Source: Chlamydiia bacterium
GTDB lineage: Bacteria > Chlamydiota > Chlamydiia > Chlamydiales > RGXB01
Reading direction: 5' to 3'
Assembly: GCA_040382515.1 (NCBI GenBank)
Contig: JBEIFH010000001.1
Location: forward strand, 102,810 to 166,809
DNA length: 64,000 nucleotides
Part shown: positions 18,697-28,326 of the stretch, piece by piece
Numbering within the stretch: the stretch's first letter is position 1
How the letters are laid out: every line of letters begins with the position of its first letter
The notes under the pieces: model-generated
What the model was told of the DNA's origin: nothing
The model's database searches: none
The model's input: only the letters and a program-made list of their open reading frames with translations
Position numbers and translations under genes: made by a program

Positions 18697-21600
18697 ACAT
18701 TTTTGGAAAAAAATCGTGCGGATACATAAAAGAACCTTCATCACAATTCTTTGGATTAGCTCTTATTCTTTAAGAGCTTCTTCCATGACGGATGAAATCC
18801 AGCTCCCTAAAGAGAGTTTTCAGCCTGAAGTGGAACCTGCTGTATTCCTTTTTCCAAAATCACAAAAAATCGAAAACACTTATCTGTTGGATCGAGCTTT
18901 CGACAGAATCGATTTGGGGACAAAAAACAGCCTCTCTCCCAAAGAAGTGCTAATAGATCCTAAGTCTCAAAAGGCACAAACTTTTTTTAATAAAGATCTC
19001 AGTACCGGGGAATCGGATCCCGAAGCCCAGATAAAAAAATATTTGCCATCTTCAAGGTCTACTATCCTAATTTCTGAAAAAACCTTACCTAGTGAGACTT
19101 CAAAAAAGTTGCTGAACGAGGTCTATAATACTGAAAAATCGATCACGAGAGAAGAGACCTCCCCTGTGTCAATACCTGCAACGCTTCCTCAAATGAAAAT
19201 AGATTTTTCTGAAACAATACCGTATCAGGAAAATTTTCCCCCTCTAGAGGAAAAAGAAGGATCCAGAAAGTTTTTGATCGCACACCCGACGTCCTCCCCT
19301 AATCCCCTTCTCAGATCATTTAGGCTATACATAGCGCAATTAAAAGAACATATTCAACTCGTCGATGAGGAATACCTGGTACCTGATCTGTTTTGGAACA
19401 GTTCTATTGCCTCCTTTGAGCCGAATTTTTCCAAAGATCCCTTTTTGCTTCATCTCAAAGAACCTAATCCTGAAATCAATGCCGCCTCCTTTATTCTAGA
19501 GAATGAGCCCTCAATTCCTAAAAGCAAACAGGGTTTCAGGATCGCTAAGAATTTCAAATCAAATTTTTGGGTCGGGCTTAATGAAAGGGATATAAAAAAG
19601 GTATCTCTACAACTAAAAGAGACCGATTACAGCTATCTGGAGGCGACTATCGCCTTTGAGGGTCCGATTTTTTTTATAGAAAAAGGGGAACCCATCTGGT
19701 TTGGGGGTCTTGAGAGGGCACCCTTGACCGGGGATAAACCAGAGCTTAAAGTTTCTAATTTCATTTTGGAAAAGGATCCTTCAGATGATTTTGACCCCCT
19801 AAATTTGGAATCTCTAAAAAGCGAGCGGGAGACACAAAGTGCTCTAATTTTAAAAAAAGAGAGCCAAAATGGGATGAAAAATGAGGATCTTTCGATTACA
19901 ACCTCGTCTTTTCAACCTAAAGAGTCTCTAGTCGCCGAGTCGGCTTTCGAAGCTTCAATCTTTGAGACAAAAACACTTTTGATTGATCCCCCCCCCACCC
20001 CTCCATCCATTTTTGAACCGACAAGTTTTGAAGAAGAAAAGATAGAATTGGCGATTCCAAATCAACTCCTCTCATCGCTTGCAAATCACTCCGTGAAAAA
20101 GATCGAGCCTTCTCCTAATGTGAGAGAGCCATTTGCTATGCAGGGTGATACAAACTATTTACAATCACCTCTCAACCGCATTTTTTGTTGGGCCCGTTAT
20201 ATTTTGGAACTTAATTTCGACTGTTTAAAATCCCCCATCCACTCTTTTTGTGAATATGCATCCGATTGGATCGATCCGGTTGAGGAAAAAGTATCTGCAT
20301 TCCTTTCATTTTTATCTTCAAAACTTGACGTTGCTTCCTCTTTATATTTACCGATTTCGGTTGTAAATAACCCTGTATCGCTTGTTTCTACAGAGCAAAA
20401 ATTTGATAAGATACTCTCTTTAGAGCCGATGTTCCTTTCTTTAGGTATTGTGGAGATCGCAAAAACTTTCAAACTCGCCCTTTCGACAAAAGAGGCCCAA
20501 TCGAGCCTTATATCAAGAGAGTTCCTGCAGCACGAGGTTGAGGAGGAGAAGAACATTCTTCCCTTAAATGAAAAACTTGAAAAGTCACCATCAGATATGG
20601 GTGCAAGATTTTTAGTCTTTCACCATCCGATATTTTTACCTAAAGAGAGGCCCCTGAGCCAAGAAAATAAGCTTGGAACGTTCCCAAAAGAAACGGGTTT
20701 TACCGGTTTTTTAGGTGCTGCCGTTCAAAATACAGATCAAACTTCCCCCCTTTTTTCCCCTCTTGAGACTGTATCATCCTACTTCCCCTCAAAAGTTCCG
20801 GGAACCAAGAGTCACCTTGAAGAAATTTTCCCAAACAGCATTCTTTTATCTCACATAGATGTCCTCTATCCGGGCTTCATTAAAATTTCGGTACAAAAAG
20901 AGACGTTGCTGGAGTTATTTGATGCCAATACCGAGATGTTGCTCTCCGATAAGGATCGTTTTGATTTCTTACCGGGTCAAAAGTTTGCCTCCTCGATCAC
21001 TTTAGAACATAAAAAAAAGGTTTCCTTTGAACCTCTGCAAAATGAAGTTTGTAACGAAATCGTGATTCATAAAATTCAAGTAGAGCTCCCGGTAACACCA
21101 CAGCAAAAAATCCTTAAAGATTTTCATGGCAATAACCTAAAACTCTTTGATATCCCCTCGATCAACCGTTCCCTTAGCTCACTCACCGGGACAAAAATGT
21201 TGAATCAACAGATGTGCAGGCTCTATTTTTCAATAGACTCTTTCAATAAAATTGCGATGCTAAGTGAAGACGTCTCCAAAGATTTCCAAATCAAAGCATC
21301 TGGTGCCGCTCTCTCTGCTAAAGAGGGATATGGTATCGAGATAGACCTCGAGTTGCTAGGGACATCAAAACCCTCCTTCCTAGATCAGGAAATTCTGTTT
21401 ATATTGGATGGATCAAGAAACACCCCCGTGGCCCACTTCGAGATCTATAAAACGGCAATATTAAGAAGTCTCAAAAGTTTCAACCCCGATACCCGCTTCA
21501 ATATCTATTTTACAGGAAAAAATTTAACAAAATTATTTGACCAGCCCGTGGGTATAAGTCAGGATAAACAGATCCTAGCCAAACGCTTTTTAGACCAACT

Positions 21601-22273
21601 TCAATCCTTTCAAGGTGTCGAGCAGGGTCTTTTGTTAAAAACCTGTACCGATTTAATCCCCAAAGAGGATGATACTAAACTCACCTCGCTAGTCCTTTTA
21701 TGCGACTCAGTCAAGCCGATAAAGCAACTCACCTATCTAAACGAGGCCAAAAAAATCGTTAGAAAGAATCAGGGCAATATACAGATTATCACTGCTACAT
21801 TGCAGCAAAAAGAAAACCAAGATCTGAAATTTATCTCACTACTTGGAAGCGGCGAAAGCCATATCTTCCCTTCTGAATCCTCTTTTGTTAGAAAATTCGC
21901 ATCAATGATCCGCCAGATAAAATACCCTTATCTCACAAATCTTTCCATCACCCCCCTCACAGACGGAGTCGAAATCATTCCAAATAACCAGATGATCCAC
22001 CCTATTTTCATCAATAAGGGTTCAAGATTCTACGCTGTCAGCGAAACAAATGAACCCTTTAGCATCCTGATTCAGGGGATGTGCGACGGTAAAATTTTCC
22101 AGATCCGAAAAGAGATTCGAACAATCAGCAATGAGAGCATCAGGGCAAAAATGAAACAAGAAATTCTACAGAAGCGGGCGGCTATGGGCTTTGAAAGCTA
22201 TATTAAAAAGCAAGACGCCTCAAAGCTCGAGGAGACAAATAAAAGGCTTGAGCTTTTCGATATCCGGCTTTAA
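18689..22273 (+). CDS. Large protein: putative signal peptide, long acidic/Pro/Ser-rich region, C-terminal vWA-like domain
   Basis: TTG at 18689 with AAGGA 8 nt upstream overlaps the previous stop; EILFILDGSRNT...DTRFNIYF...LVLLCDS resembles the vWA domain of inter-alpha-trypsin-inhibitor-like proteins. Confidence 0.7.
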   Translation: MIKHFWKKIVRIHKRTFITILWISSYSLRASSMTDEIQLPKESFQPEVEPAVFLFPKSQKIENTYLLDRAFDRIDLGTKNSLSPKEVLIDPKSQKAQTFFNKDLSTGESDPEAQIKKYLPSSRSTILISEKTLPSETSKKLLNEVYNTEKSITREETSPVSIPATLPQMKIDFSETIPYQENFPPLEEKEGSRKFLIAHPTSSPNPLLRSFRLYIAQLKEHIQLVDEEYLVPDLFWNSSIASFEPNFSKDPFLLHLKEPNPEINAASFILENEPSIPKSKQGFRIAKNFKSNFWVGLNERDIKKVSLQLKETDYSYLEATIAFEGPIFFIEKGEPIWFGGLERAPLTGDKPELKVSNFILEKDPSDDFDPLNLESLKSERETQSALILKKESQNGMKNEDLSITTSSFQPKESLVAESAFEASIFETKTLLIDPPPTPPSIFEPTSFEEEKIELAIPNQLLSSLANHSVKKIEPSPNVREPFAMQGDTNYLQSPLNRIFCWARYILELNFDCLKSPIHSFCEYASDWIDPVEEKVSAFLSFLSSKLDVASSLYLPISVVNNPVSLVSTEQKFDKILSLEPMFLSLGIVEIAKTFKLALSTKEAQSSLISREFLQHEVEEEKNILPLNEKLEKSPSDMGARFLVFHHPIFLPKERPLSQENKLGTFPKETGFTGFLGAAVQNTDQTSPLFSPLETVSSYFPSKVPGTKSHLEEIFPNSILLSHIDVLYPGFIKISVQKETLLELFDANTEMLLSDKDRFDFLPGQKFASSITLEHKKKVSFEPLQNEVCNEIVIHKIQVELPVTPQQKILKDFHGNNLKLFDIPSINRSLSSLTGTKMLNQQMCRLYFSIDSFNKIAMLSEDVSKDFQIKASGAALSAKEGYGIEIDLELLGTSKPSFLDQEILFILDGSRNTPVAHFEIYKTAILRSLKSFNPDTRFNIYFTGKNLTKLFDQPVGISQDKQILAKRFLDQLQSFQGVEQGLLLKTCTDLIPKEDDTKLTSLVLLCDSVKPIKQLTYLNEAKKIVRKNQGNIQIITATLQQKENQDLKFISLLGSGESHIFPSESSFVRKFASMIRQIKYPYLTNLSITPLTDGVEIIPNNQMIHPIFINKGSRFYAVSETNEPFSILIQGMCDGKIFQIRKEIRTISNESIRAKMKQEILQKRAAMGFESYIKKQDASKLEETNKRLELFDIRL

Positions 22274-22397
22274 TTTTTATCCAACTGCTACCGTGTACAT
22301 AAACAAGAAATGTTAATAAAAATTTACAAAATAGTAGCCTAAGCGCTAATCTATATAGTCTTTTAAACCTTTCGGGCTTCATCTATAGGAGGCAACG

Positions 22398-22940
22398 ATG
22401 CACATTCTTGCCGGAGCAAAAAAGGGGATGCGCCTTAACGTCCCGGACGAAGGTACTAGACCCACCACTAATCTAGTAAAAAAATCGCTCTTCGATTCTA
22501 TCCACTATTTACTTGAAGGTGCGACCATCCTGGATCTATTTGCCGGAAGCGGGGCTCTGGGCCTTGAGGCTCTCTCAAGAGGGGCAAAAGAGGCAACCTT
22601 TGTTGAAAAAAGCCCTAAAGCCTGTGCTTGTATCAAAAAAAACATCGATACACTCCATTTCACCTCGATAGCACACCTTTTTCCACTAGATGTCGAAAAG
22701 GCTCTAGTCCAACTCGGCACGTTTGATCTTATTTTTATGGACCCTCCCTACGATCTTGATATCGGTTCTCTTACAGCAAAAGCTCTGACGCATTTGAAAG
22801 AGGGGGGGCTTCTGATTGTCGAACAATCTAAAAGATCTAAATTTCTTGAAAATTTGACCTATGTGAAGAAAAAAGAGTTTGGCGATACCTTCCTCTACTT
22901 TTTTGATTCAAAACATCCAAAACCCCCATGTAATACCTGA
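22398..22940 (+). CDS. rsmD: 16S rRNA m2G966 methyltransferase RsmD
   Basis: TRPTTNLVK, LDLFAGSGALGLEALSRGA, FMDPPY. Confidence 0.95.
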   Translation: MHILAGAKKGMRLNVPDEGTRPTTNLVKKSLFDSIHYLLEGATILDLFAGSGALGLEALSRGAKEATFVEKSPKACACIKKNIDTLHFTSIAHLFPLDVEKALVQLGTFDLIFMDPPYDLDIGSLTAKALTHLKEGGLLIVEQSKRSKFLENLTYVKKKEFGDTFLYFFDSKHPKPPCNT

Positions 22941-22968
22941 AACAAGGATTCCGAAAAGGTCTATTAGT

Positions 22969-24201
22969 TCAAGATTGGGCCTGCTGGTTTACCGGGAGTT
23001 GACGTATTGGCAGGCAGACATATAGAGTTCCTGCAAGAGATAGCACCACCCCGGACGTAAGAGCTATTTTAGCCCCCAGGGTGTCAGATATCCACCCCCC
23101 TAATAGAGGCATTAGTAGACCTCTTGCTCCCACCATAAATACATTTACCATGGTATACCGGCTGCTCTCCTGATCCTTTGAAAAATAAGGGCCTGAGAGA
23201 TTCCATATCAGATGGCTTCCGGCTTGGGCTATCCCATAAACAAAATATGCGATAAATAGGAATGCAATCCCTAAATTCAACATCTGCAGTAAACCCAAAA
23301 AGAGGGCAACAAACGAGAAAACGATCCCGGATAAAAACTCATAGCGCGTTTTTTTCATCAATAACCCCCACAAAGGGGCGGCAAAGATCATCCCCAACTC
23401 CTTTACAGCGCAAGTAGAGGTAAAAAGTGTCGTAAAACAAAATCCTGAACCGGTAAGCAGAGTAGGTATAGCGGGCATCGACAACATCAACCCACCCCCA
23501 CAGAAAAAGTATCCAATCTGAAACTGTAGAAACTCCCGATTTTTTTTTAAAAGGGAGATTCCAATTTTTAGAGGCTCCACAAAAGAAAAGCGATTTACTA
23601 CAGTAGCCTGGGGTTCATTTAAAGGAAGGATCTTAAGTTTTGCCTGGAAATAAAGTCCAAAGAGCCCGATTGTCGCATAAGCTGGAAATAAATAAATCCA
23701 TCCCGATTCAAGATGTTCGATCATCCAACCGGTGAAAACCGCCAGGAGGATCCCTTCAATGTACGCTGCGGTTGTTGCGATTGAGAAACTTGCCTCACGA
23801 GCATTTTTATCTAAATTTCTCCTGATAATCTCCATCAGGGCGGGCGATTCTGCCCGATAGAAAAGGGTAAATACCGCCGAGGCAAAAATTAAAAATCCAA
23901 TTTTTGGGAATAAAGGGACGAAAAGAAACGGGAAAAGCGAAAGGGCATGAGCGCACATTAAGTTCCATCTTAAAGATTTTTCATCCGCGTGGATCCATGT
24001 TCCCCAGTAAAAAGAAAAAAAACTCAAGACAGGGCGTAGAGTCATTAAGATAGAAATTTGCAAGGCAGATGCTTGCAGATAATTACAAAGAATGAGCCCT
24101 AAAACCGAGTGGATCGATATAAAGGGCTCTAAGAGAAGGCTATGAAAGAGAAGGGTCTTTTTTGTTTGATTAGCGACCCTCTCGCTATAAGGCGTGCTCA
24201 G
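22969..24201 (-). CDS. MFS transporter (frame open 46 codons upstream of the tracked TTG; probable CTG start at 24201)
   Basis: About 12 hydrophobic segments; the upstream extension encodes a further hydrophobic helix; AAGGGG 7 nt before the CTG. Confidence 0.8.
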   Translation of the reverse strand: MSTPYSERVANQTKKTLLFHSLLLEPFISIHSVLGLILCNYLQASALQISILMTLRPVLSFFSFYWGTWIHADEKSLRWNLMCAHALSLFPFLFVPLFPKIGFLIFASAVFTLFYRAESPALMEIIRRNLDKNAREASFSIATTAAYIEGILLAVFTGWMIEHLESGWIYLFPAYATIGLFGLYFQAKLKILPLNEPQATVVNRFSFVEPLKIGISLLKKNREFLQFQIGYFFCGGGLMLSMPAIPTLLTGSGFCFTTLFTSTCAVKELGMIFAAPLWGLLMKKTRYEFLSGIVFSFVALFLGLLQMLNLGIAFLFIAYFVYGIAQAGSHLIWNLSGPYFSKDQESSRYTMVNVFMVGARGLLMPLLGGWISDTLGAKIALTSGVVLSLAGTLYVCLPIRQLPVNQQAQS

Positions 24202-26608
24202 TCACTTTCCCCTTTTCATCTACGGTTTTTTTATAGACAAGGACGTCATTTTCAAAACGTTGCTCTAAACGCAGCTTCCCTTCAGCATTAAATTTGTTGA
24301 AAAAGCCCGATTTTTTTCCGGTCTCATACTCCCCTTCGAAAATCTTCACCCCGTCCTCAGAATAGCTGACACTCACACCCTCTAAAAGGCCGTTTTTATA
24401 GAAACAGCGGTTGTATAAGGACCCTGTCGGATAAAACTCCTCGTGCATCCCCTCAAGTACGTCATCCTTAAAGTAGGATTTCTTAGCCACAATCCCGCTA
24501 GGGAAATACTGGATCAATCTCCCGTGTTTGAGATCATTGACATACTCTACAGTCATCAAGACCTTGCCGGTTTCCCCATAGAGGGCGCTGAGCCCCTCTT
24601 TTTTTCCGGCTTTATAGGTTGCCATTGCGACAAGATCCCCGAAAACATTGTACTCGCGCAGCTCCCCATCGATTTTTGAATTTTTGAAATCCCCCTCAAT
24701 AGCCCGCATTTTTACCCCGTCCCCGGAATCTTTATGGTAAACTACGTAAGGCCCCTCCTTTTTGTTCTCGACGTAGTTGAGAACGGTCTCGCGACCTTCA
24801 GCATCCACCGTACTATAGGGTCCATGCAGCTTTCCATTTTCGTACCAGGCCTCTTCGATCTTTAAACCCTCGAGATTGAATATCGCCTTGAGCCCTTGCA
24901 GTACACCTGCATCATAATTGATGACACTTGCCATCAATCCGTTCGGATGGTACGTTCTTTGCTCCCCATGGTGAACACCCTCGGAATCGAAACGGATCAA
25001 TTTCGCTAAAACTGGCTCCCCGTTGAGTTGTGTCCTCTCAAAAAATTCTTTATGTTCACCAATAGGTTTTCCATCCAAAAACTCCCGGATAAAACGGGGC
25101 GTACCATCGGGATAGAACCCTTTGAAGGTCCCCTCATTTTTTCCATCCTTGTAAAACCCAGAAACCGATAGGGCCCCACTAGGATAATATTCGCGGTATT
25201 CTCCTTCAAACTTATCCTCTTCATACGTCGCATCTAAAAGAATCTGCCCGTTTTCAGCAAATAGTTTGCAGCACCCCTGCTTTTTTCCATCAGCATAGGT
25301 AACCTCCTGTTTGAGTTTACCTCCCTCATACCAAGACAGCCAGCGGCCATTGTTCACATCTGCCTTAAATTCCACATCGGCAATCTTTTCACCTTTCTCA
25401 TTGTACTCGACGTGGCGCCCCTCTTTTTTTCCCTCATTAAAGATGCCCTGCGTGTGCAGTTTCCCATTCTCAAAATAAGATTTTTGCTCTCCGTCGGGTT
25501 TGCCGTTTTTGTAGACTCCTACCAATTTTAGATTTCCATTCGAGTGCCAAGATTCAAATGGGCCTTCAAAAAGGTCTTTCGAGCGGCGGTACTTAGTAAT
25601 CAACTGCCCTGATTCGCTATACTCCTGGATAAATCCTTCAATCTCTCCGTTGTCGTTATAATGAGCTTCAAAGGCGACCTGCCCGTTTTCATGTTTTAAG
25701 AAGTGGTGTCCGTGTGGGACCCCTTTATTGAACTGGGCTTGTCCGATAACAGTCCCGTCTTGAGAGCGGGTCACAATCGATCCGTGGATTTTCCCCTCTT
25801 CAAAATGGATTTTCTGACGCTCTTTTCCGTTCGGGTGGTACTGGATATGGGTGTTGACAGGCTGCCCTTTTTGGAACTGCTGGATCTCTTTGATCCCTTT
25901 TTGCTCAAAATAAACTACAAGCGCCGGATTGGAGCCCTCGTTATTGAGCAAGTCATTCGAAAAATTAGCCACCGAAGCGATCACCCCATTTTCGTACCAA
26001 GCGGTCTCTTTCCCCTCTCTTTTTCCATCCTTCCAGAGCGTCACCTTCGCCTTGCGTCCCGAAGGGTAATATTGGATCGACTCCCCCTCTTTTTTACCCA
26101 AAACAAACCCGGTCTCCTCTAGCTTGGAGCCGTCTTCGAAATACTGGGTGAAAAGGCCTTCCTCGAGGCCATTTTTGAACTCCCCCTCAAATCTTAGAGC
26201 GCCACTTGGGAACAAAACACGCATCTTTCCATGCGGCTTCCCCTCATGATAGTTGTATAACGAGTAGAGGTTCCCCTCCCGATCTATCTGGACCCGTACC
26301 CCATGGTAAACCGGTTTATGATCCACCTCCATCAGGTCTACTTCTTCGCAGATCTGTCCGTTTTCATAGTAGGAAATCTCCTTGACGGCAACATCTTCCT
26401 CAAAAAACCGCACTTTAAAAATCTGACCTGTCGGATGGGTTTTGATGATCATGTTCGTCCATTCCGGATGGCGCGGCTTTAAAAGAATCTGCTCTTGGCG
26501 CGGCTTTTGGGTCTGACCTAAGGTTCTTGAAGGGACGGCATTGAGGCCATTTGCAAGAAAAACTAGCTGCAACATCAAAGCCCAAGAAAATCTGTTCATA
26601 ACGCCCAA
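24185..26608 (-). CDS. Exported MORN-variant repeat protein (YwqK-like)
   Basis: Signal peptide; many ~24-aa repeats of type GxxxxYYxxGxLxxxxxYKxGK. Confidence 0.88.
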   Translation of the reverse strand: MGVMNRFSWALMLQLVFLANGLNAVPSRTLGQTQKPRQEQILLKPRHPEWTNMIIKTHPTGQIFKVRFFEEDVAVKEISYYENGQICEEVDLMEVDHKPVYHGVRVQIDREGNLYSLYNYHEGKPHGKMRVLFPSGALRFEGEFKNGLEEGLFTQYFEDGSKLEETGFVLGKKEGESIQYYPSGRKAKVTLWKDGKREGKETAWYENGVIASVANFSNDLLNNEGSNPALVVYFEQKGIKEIQQFQKGQPVNTHIQYHPNGKERQKIHFEEGKIHGSIVTRSQDGTVIGQAQFNKGVPHGHHFLKHENGQVAFEAHYNDNGEIEGFIQEYSESGQLITKYRRSKDLFEGPFESWHSNGNLKLVGVYKNGKPDGEQKSYFENGKLHTQGIFNEGKKEGRHVEYNEKGEKIADVEFKADVNNGRWLSWYEGGKLKQEVTYADGKKQGCCKLFAENGQILLDATYEEDKFEGEYREYYPSGALSVSGFYKDGKNEGTFKGFYPDGTPRFIREFLDGKPIGEHKEFFERTQLNGEPVLAKLIRFDSEGVHHGEQRTYHPNGLMASVINYDAGVLQGLKAIFNLEGLKIEEAWYENGKLHGPYSTVDAEGRETVLNYVENKKEGPYVVYHKDSGDGVKMRAIEGDFKNSKIDGELREYNVFGDLVAMATYKAGKKEGLSALYGETGKVLMTVEYVNDLKHGRLIQYFPSGIVAKKSYFKDDVLEGMHEEFYPTGSLYNRCFYKNGLLEGVSVSYSEDGVKIFEGEYETGKKSGFFNKFNAEGKLRLEQRFENDVLVYKKTVDEKGKVTEHAL

Positions 26609-26633
26609 AATCTCCAGTAAAATTTAATCTCCC

Positions 26634-26662
26634 ATTCTAATTAAGAAAACGTTTCCATGCAA
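26634..26662 (-). promoter_or_regulatory. Probable sigma66 promoter for the MORN-MFS genes
   Basis: Minus strand TTGCAT, 17-nt spacer, TAGAAT. Confidence 0.5.
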
Positions 26663-26712
26663 TAGACCTCTTTATCTACCCCTCCGACTGCTAAATTCTT
26701 TTAGAAAAAATA

Positions 26713-27519
26713 TTAGTAGTAATAATTATAGAGGTACTCGTGGATCATCTTTTCCAGGGTATACCTTCGAGTGTCGTCGACATGGTTCACCTTTATCCTA
26801 AAGTGAAAAACATCCTCCGGAAAATCCTTATGGGCTTTTGAAATGTGGGCAAAACGGTCTTCTAGTGAAAAGAGGGGGTGGTAAAAAGGTTCAATTTTGT
26901 GGGTATACATAAAAAATCGTGACAAGGCAAGATCATCCCTGTTGTCGTAAACCGGGGGCAAGTTCACCAGTGCCACCTTTTGTGAAACCATCAGCCGGAC
27001 AAGATCTTTTGAGAGAATATAGCATGCACCCCCGACAAAATGCACATCCCCCGTCGCTTTGCCATAAAAACTCTTACTGCCGGCAAAACACCTCTTTAAA
27101 GGGAGCTTTTCTAAAAAATTGAATAAATTCGGGAGCACCACGAATGAAGATTGATTGGGTCTGATGATAAAATCAAACTCCTGGAGCCTTGGTAAAAAAA
27201 CCTCCATCGCATGGATTGTTTTGTCCATGACACCAGGGCATAAACTATCCTTTTCTTTTACCCAAAGGACATCCCCCACAAATTTATGATCCACCTCCAT
27301 GTCCGGATCTGATTTGACAAACCAGCACTCAAAATTTTCGGGAAATTTGTGCATATATCTACGCCACGAGGTTGTGTGGGCTTTATAGCAAACGAGCTTG
27401 TCTGAGGCTGCAATCAATACCAAGTTTTTTTTTGTGGGCTGTTCTGTGCCCGCATTCAATGATAAAAAAAAGTGACAGATTCCAAAAAAAATAAAGAACG
27501 GGCTTGCAAATGCTCTCAT
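26713..27519 (-). CDS. Putative glycosyltransferase, GT31 (galactosyltransferase)-like, with N-terminal signal or anchor
   Basis: DKTIHAME...DFIIRPNQSSFV...FVGGACYILSKDLV...DDLALS follows the order of GT31 motifs KT..., xDDD, SGxGYxLSxDLV, EDV. Confidence 0.55.
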   Translation of the reverse strand: MRAFASPFFIFFGICHFFLSLNAGTEQPTKKNLVLIAASDKLVCYKAHTTSWRRYMHKFPENFECWFVKSDPDMEVDHKFVGDVLWVKEKDSLCPGVMDKTIHAMEVFLPRLQEFDFIIRPNQSSFVVLPNLFNFLEKLPLKRCFAGSKSFYGKATGDVHFVGGACYILSKDLVRLMVSQKVALVNLPPVYDNRDDLALSRFFMYTHKIEPFYHPLFSLEDRFAHISKAHKDFPEDVFHFRIKVNHVDDTRRYTLEKMIHEYLYNYYY

Positions 27520-27887
27520 TACAGCTCAAACCTCCTTTCTCCGTCCGGCAAAAACAAAATCTCTTTTTCTCTCAGATTTTTTGAAATTATGACCTCATGA
27601 ATCTTACACAAAGTAGAGTCCGATCCATATTTTCCAAATGGAATCAGGACTGTTTTCCCTTTTCTATGCTCCACCCGAACGAAGACAGGCTGCTCTTCTA
27701 GCCGGGCATAAGCGCTAAATAGATCTAAAGTGCGCTTGTACTCTTTTTCAGCCACCGACTGCCTATACATCAAATAATACCGGTAGCTTTTCAAGGAAAG
27801 TACGCTTGTTAAAACTCCAAGAATAGCTATGACAACCAGGATCTCTATCAAAGAAAAGGCTTTTCTCCCCCCCTTTTTTTTGGGCAT
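27519..27887 (-). CDS. Prepilin-type (minor pseudopilin-like) protein
   Basis: Type IV leader KKGGRKA|FSLIEILVVIAILGVL. Confidence 0.85.
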   Translation of the reverse strand: MPKKKGGRKAFSLIEILVVIAILGVLTSVLSLKSYRYYLMYRQSVAEKEYKRTLDLFSAYARLEEQPVFVRVEHRKGKTVLIPFGKYGSDSTLCKIHEVIISKNLREKEILFLPDGERRFEL

Positions 27888-27894
27888 AGACTCT

Positions 27895-28326
27895 CTAGCT
27901 CAATTTCTGCGGTGGGAACATCCAGGAGTATTTCTCTTTCATAATGTCCTCAGAGAGATTTTTCTGTTTTTGCACATATGTCAAAAATTTATCTGAACGG
28001 ACAAACACTTCATCATCTTCAGAAACCTCAATCTTGTAAGAAACGCCCCAGCCGTCCTTCAACATGGATTTAGGATCTTTAAACATTTTTGCGTTCTTAA
28101 GTACTAATTCCGGCTCTTTTTGCACCAATTCGGGATCAACGCCCATGGCTATTTGCATGGAAAAAATTTCTTGAATTTGCTGCGATGCTTGCTCGGTCTT
28201 AAACGCTTTTCCCTCTTCAAGGCTCCCTTTCATGTTATACATAAAAAGCCCTGAAATCAGCCCCAAGATAAGAATCACAATCATAATCTCAATCAAGGTG
28301 AGCCCTTTTTTTCCCTTTTTTTTCAT
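27895..28326 (-). CDS. gspG: Type II secretion major pseudopilin GspG-like
   Basis: KKG|LTLIEIMIVILILGLI leader; KDGWGVSY (DxWGxxY) motif. Confidence 0.85.
   Translation of the reverse strand: MKKKGKKGLTLIEIMIVILILGLISGLFMYNMKGSLEEGKAFKTEQASQQIQEIFSMQIAMGVDPELVQKEPELVLKNAKMFKDPKSMLKDGWGVSYKIEVSEDDEVFVRSDKFLTYVQKQKNLSEDIMKEKYSWMFPPQKLS

Noticed and set aside
24185..26608. MORN-repeat gene as a toxin-antitoxin immunity locus or DNA repeat array
   Set aside because: Repeats are degenerate and protein-level only; no adjacent toxin; the YwqK label reflects the repeat type
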